DNA of 64,000 nt from NCBI RefSeq assembly GCF_009914755.1, contig NC_060946.1; one strand, 5' to 3'. This document shows positions 60,717 through 64,000 of this stretch, one piece after another. Position 1 is the stretch's first letter. Every line of letters begins with the position of its first letter. This stretch comes from the human T2T-CHM13v2.0 reference genome, Homo sapiens. The position numbers and the translations under genes were made by a program. The notes beneath the pieces were generated by a model. It ran no database searches. It was not told the DNA's origin and saw only the letters and a program-made list of their open reading frames with translations.

Positions 60717-61756
60717 CTCTGTCTTTTTGAAGTTGGACTTTCTCTTTCTCCAAAGCCAGGAACTCTACTTGTAACATGCCTACCTCATTCTTTTTACTAT
60801 TATTATACTTTAAATTCTGGTACATGTGCACAATGTGCAGGTTTGTTACATATGTATACATGTGCTATGTTAGTGACCTTGAAATATCTTGCTGTAAGTT
60901 TCTAGCTATATTTTTGATGTTCTCTCACTATGTGGCAAAGAATAACCCGGATTTTATAATTCAAGATTCATGGTTTTGTAGTTATTAACACTGGGATTGT
61001 CATTCAGTGGATTCTGGAATAAGCATTGTGTTGGTTTTCTGTTTTTATAAGTATCTGTAGCAGCAGAAATACTGTGGCTTTCTATCTGAATCATATGCTT
61101 CATTTCTTTGGGGTGGGTAAACCACAAATCAAAAAGACTTTCTGGATCTATAGACTGAGACCAATGCCTAATGTCTAATTTCCAATTAGTGGTATTTGGG
61201 TTTATATATTTTTCCATTTGCATGTCAAACTCTTAATCATCTTTCATTTCAATCATAATTACTGGGTTCCTTACTTTTTCAGTTTCTATATCATAACAAA
61301 AATTTTCATCATCTGTGTTAGAAACAAGCTGTGTGTCTGGTTTGTTATCATTTTTATAGTCTGATTTATTTTAATTTAAATGAAGCTTAGAAGATGACTG
61401 GTAAGTGTATTTCAGGGACCTGGAGTGTGAATGGAATAAAAAGACATTTGACATGGGCTTCCTCTGTTCAGGCGCTGCCTGGACTGCCACAGAGCTAGAC
61501 CCTCCAGATACATTTTTCTCCTCACAATCAGGGACATGATTCATCAGACTAGAGGGCACTCCTTTTTTGTTCATCCCTCTTTAGAGTTACCATGTAGGAG
61601 CTCTTCCTCAGGGCAAGCAGTAATTTTGGAGTTTTCAGAACTTTTACCAATATTCAGCTTGAACTTGTTTGTAATGAATTTTAAAGAAAGTCATGAATAT
61701 ATAGATTGATTCCCCTTATCACTGTTCTTACCCAGTTCTGATTCTTGAGACTTTTT
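60717..61756 (-). pseudogene. Fossil CCDC144-type large exon
   Basis: KSQESELGKNSDK…ITACPEEELLHGNSK…QSSSKLHLN…KNEVGMLQVEFLALEKEKVQLQKD resembles the CCDC144A large exon; contains stops and an L1 insertion. Confidence 0.75.
60791..60875 (-). mobile_element. ~85-bp 5'-truncated L1PA 3' end
   Basis: Minus strand AACATAGCACATGTATACATATGTAACAAACCTGCACATTGTGCACATGTACCAGAATTTAAAGTATAATAATAG is the L1PA terminus. Confidence 0.88.
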
Positions 61757-63021
61757 TTGGTGGAGGGCAGGTGCAAAATGGAAAACAAATTTGCTTGTTT
61801 TGTTTCTCAGATGTCTTTTCTGTCAGAGTGCATGTTTTAAAATTAGCTTTAATCAAGTATAAACAAAGAAATATTAGAAAATAATTAAAATTTAACTGTG
61901 AAACTTAATCTATGTGTTGCTACTCTTAAATTATGGGATTGTAACTAAAAAGTGAAAAATAATTTACCTTGGCTTAACATAGGACAGAAACATGAACCAG
62001 CAAGCTGAACTCTCAGTGTCTGTTTGGACTAAACTTAATGCATTTGAGTAAAATCTACCAGAAATGAATTCAAAGATGATAGGTAGTATTATAAAAGCTT
62101 CCTCTCTTACAAAGACTTTACCTCAGCATACCAGAAAGAGTGAGCCCCTACAGTGCATGTTTATTTCTGAAGATTAACTAGAGCACTAGGCAAACACTAA
62201 ATTATTAAGAGCTAAACTGAACACCAATAAGAAAGAGAAGCAAAATTTTAAATTCTAATTCAAATGATATACTATGATAGTGTTATGTATCTAGATAGAA
62301 TTTCTGCTTATATCCGCTTCTAATATATTTTAAGTTCCGGTAGTGATAGGGTTTGGATTTTTTAAATTTTAGTAATGTTTACTATGTATTTATGTTGAAA
62401 TAAAGTTATTGTTCACACCCTGACACCAAAGATCCCATTCTGCAAGGTAGGATTCTCTTAATAGGCAACTGCATTGACTTTTATGACCCCATTCACTCCC
62501 TGAACACAGACACAGAAGTCAACTGGTGACCACAAAACAGAATAAATCTTTAACCTCGGCACTGGTGACCAGCAATATAAAACTGCAACATTTGAAGCAC
62601 TGGCAATGATGACTCCTTTAACACTAGTTTAACTCAGTGGCCATTGTTGTTAAACTGTTCATAATTTCTATTCCTCAGTAATATGACCCAATACTTCATG
62701 TTACCTTGTGTATTATGAGTAAGGTTATATAAATAAAACAGCAAGATAATTCTGAAAATTTCTTGCCTCAATTCCAAGGGTAAAGACAGCTATGAGTTAC
62801 TAGAGATACTAAGAATTACTAGAATAACTAATAGTTACTAGAGATAGTAAGAATATCTTAAGTTTCATAACTGGTTAAGATGTTTTAAAAATTACATATA
62901 AAATTATGATCTATTGGGTTCTAAAGGTATAGTCTGAAAGGTCATGTCATTTGGACTATGCTTTGTTAGTAAAGCAAAAAAAAAAACCTAATATTAAACA
63001 AGAACTTAAATTTTCATATAC

Positions 63022-63092
63022 CTGTGATTGCTTCTTTTCACTTCTTTCACACCTTTCTTGCTCTTCCTCTAAAGCCACTGGTAAGGTTTGTT
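63022..63092 (-). pseudogene. ANKRD20A-like exon (71 nt)
   Basis: caacag|AACAAACC…CAATCACAG|gtatat; EQTLPVALEEEQERCERSEKKQSQ. Confidence 0.85.
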
Positions 63093-63604
63093 CTGTTGAC
63101 AAATTCATTGATTTAGTTCAAATGAACTAAGAAGAGTTAAAGACTATAATCTTTATAAAAATAAATAGAGAATAACATTTCTTTGTATTTTATATTTTGA
63201 GAGTTTGAATGAAACAATGTTTACTGAAATATTTACTTCTGTAAGAAATACTTCTAATTATCCAAAACTTCAACAAACCACTTGGGGAGACACCAGATAT
63301 CACCAGATTCAAGCCATGCAAAATCTCAGGGTCACTCACAAATTGTTCCACCCAACATAAGTCAACAAAACTGTTAGAAACAAAACAGAAATTTGAAATA
63401 CAGTCAAAATATACAATGTAATGCTTTACTATACTTCATAACAGTATCTTTTTAACAAGACACTAATTGAGTTGGCAGTTACTAATAATTTGCAAAATTA
63501 TTGTTCTTTATACCTCAATTAGTGTGCACCCCATTTTTTACATCACAAATGTTTTCCCCTGCTATTCTGAAAAATTTATTTTCATCTTTTAAGACTCAGA
63601 AAGT

Positions 63605-63899
63605 AGGCTGGGCATAATAGCTCACATCTGTAATCCCAGCACTTTGGAAGGCCAAAATGGGAGAATTGCTCAAGGCCAAGAGTTTAAGACCAGCCTGGGA
63701 ACCATAGGTAACCTTGACTCTACAAAAAATTAGACAGGTATGGTGATATGTTCCTGTTGTCCCCGCTACTCAAGAAGCTTAGATGAGAAGATCCCTCGAG
63801 CCCAGGAGTCTGAGGTTTCAGTGAGTCTCAATCATGTCATTGCACTCCAATCCTGGGTGATAGAGTAAGAACTTGTCTCCAAAAAGAGGAAAAAAAAAA
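63605..63899 (+). mobile_element. Alu (AluJ-type)
   Basis: Forward Alu; AAG(A/G)CTCAGAA on both flanks. Confidence 0.88.
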
Positions 63900-64000
63900 G
63901 GCTCAGAATGCTTTGTGAAATCTTCCTTGATTCTAGCTATCTTTCTCCACACACACAGGTGTCTGCTTCGTTGGGGTCCCTTAGTACCTTGTCAATTTTT

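Overview
This is primate (human-like) repeat-rich genomic DNA with the make-up of a pericentromeric segmental duplication. I find no intact protein-coding gene. All family names come from recognising the sequence by eye, not from database searches, and repeat boundaries are approximate. From left to right: the 5' ~5.7 kb of an L1PA3/4-type LINE-1 (minus strand; ORF1/ORF2 broken, antisense ORF0 open); a MER57 ERV1 remnant (LTR + tRNA-Leu PBS + internal sequence) with a nested MER52 LTR; MaLR, old L1M and many Alu elements; a near full-length Tigger1; a ~30-copy 48-bp CER satellite block; two arrays of a degenerate CCACTGACCAGG minisatellite bracketing an internally deleted MST element, an SNX18 processed pseudogene and an unassigned GC-rich segment; and, from ~35 kb to the end, the 3' half of an unprocessed ANKRD20A-family (ANKRD26/ANKRD18/CCDC144-related) pseudogene on the minus strand with many frameshifts and stops. 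The most notable structure is at 27.9-35.2 kb: two non-Alu inverted repeats (one made of SNX18 coding sequence) lie downstream of minus-strand exon-like units and between the two minisatellite arrays, making a candidate hairpin/dsRNA-producing locus. The pseudogene also keeps a fossil CCDC144-type exon with a dead acceptor and a tiny L1 insertion, plus ancestral ANKRD18/ANKRD26 3' exons. Nothing here demonstrates a new biological system; the hairpin cassette is the best hypothesis to test.
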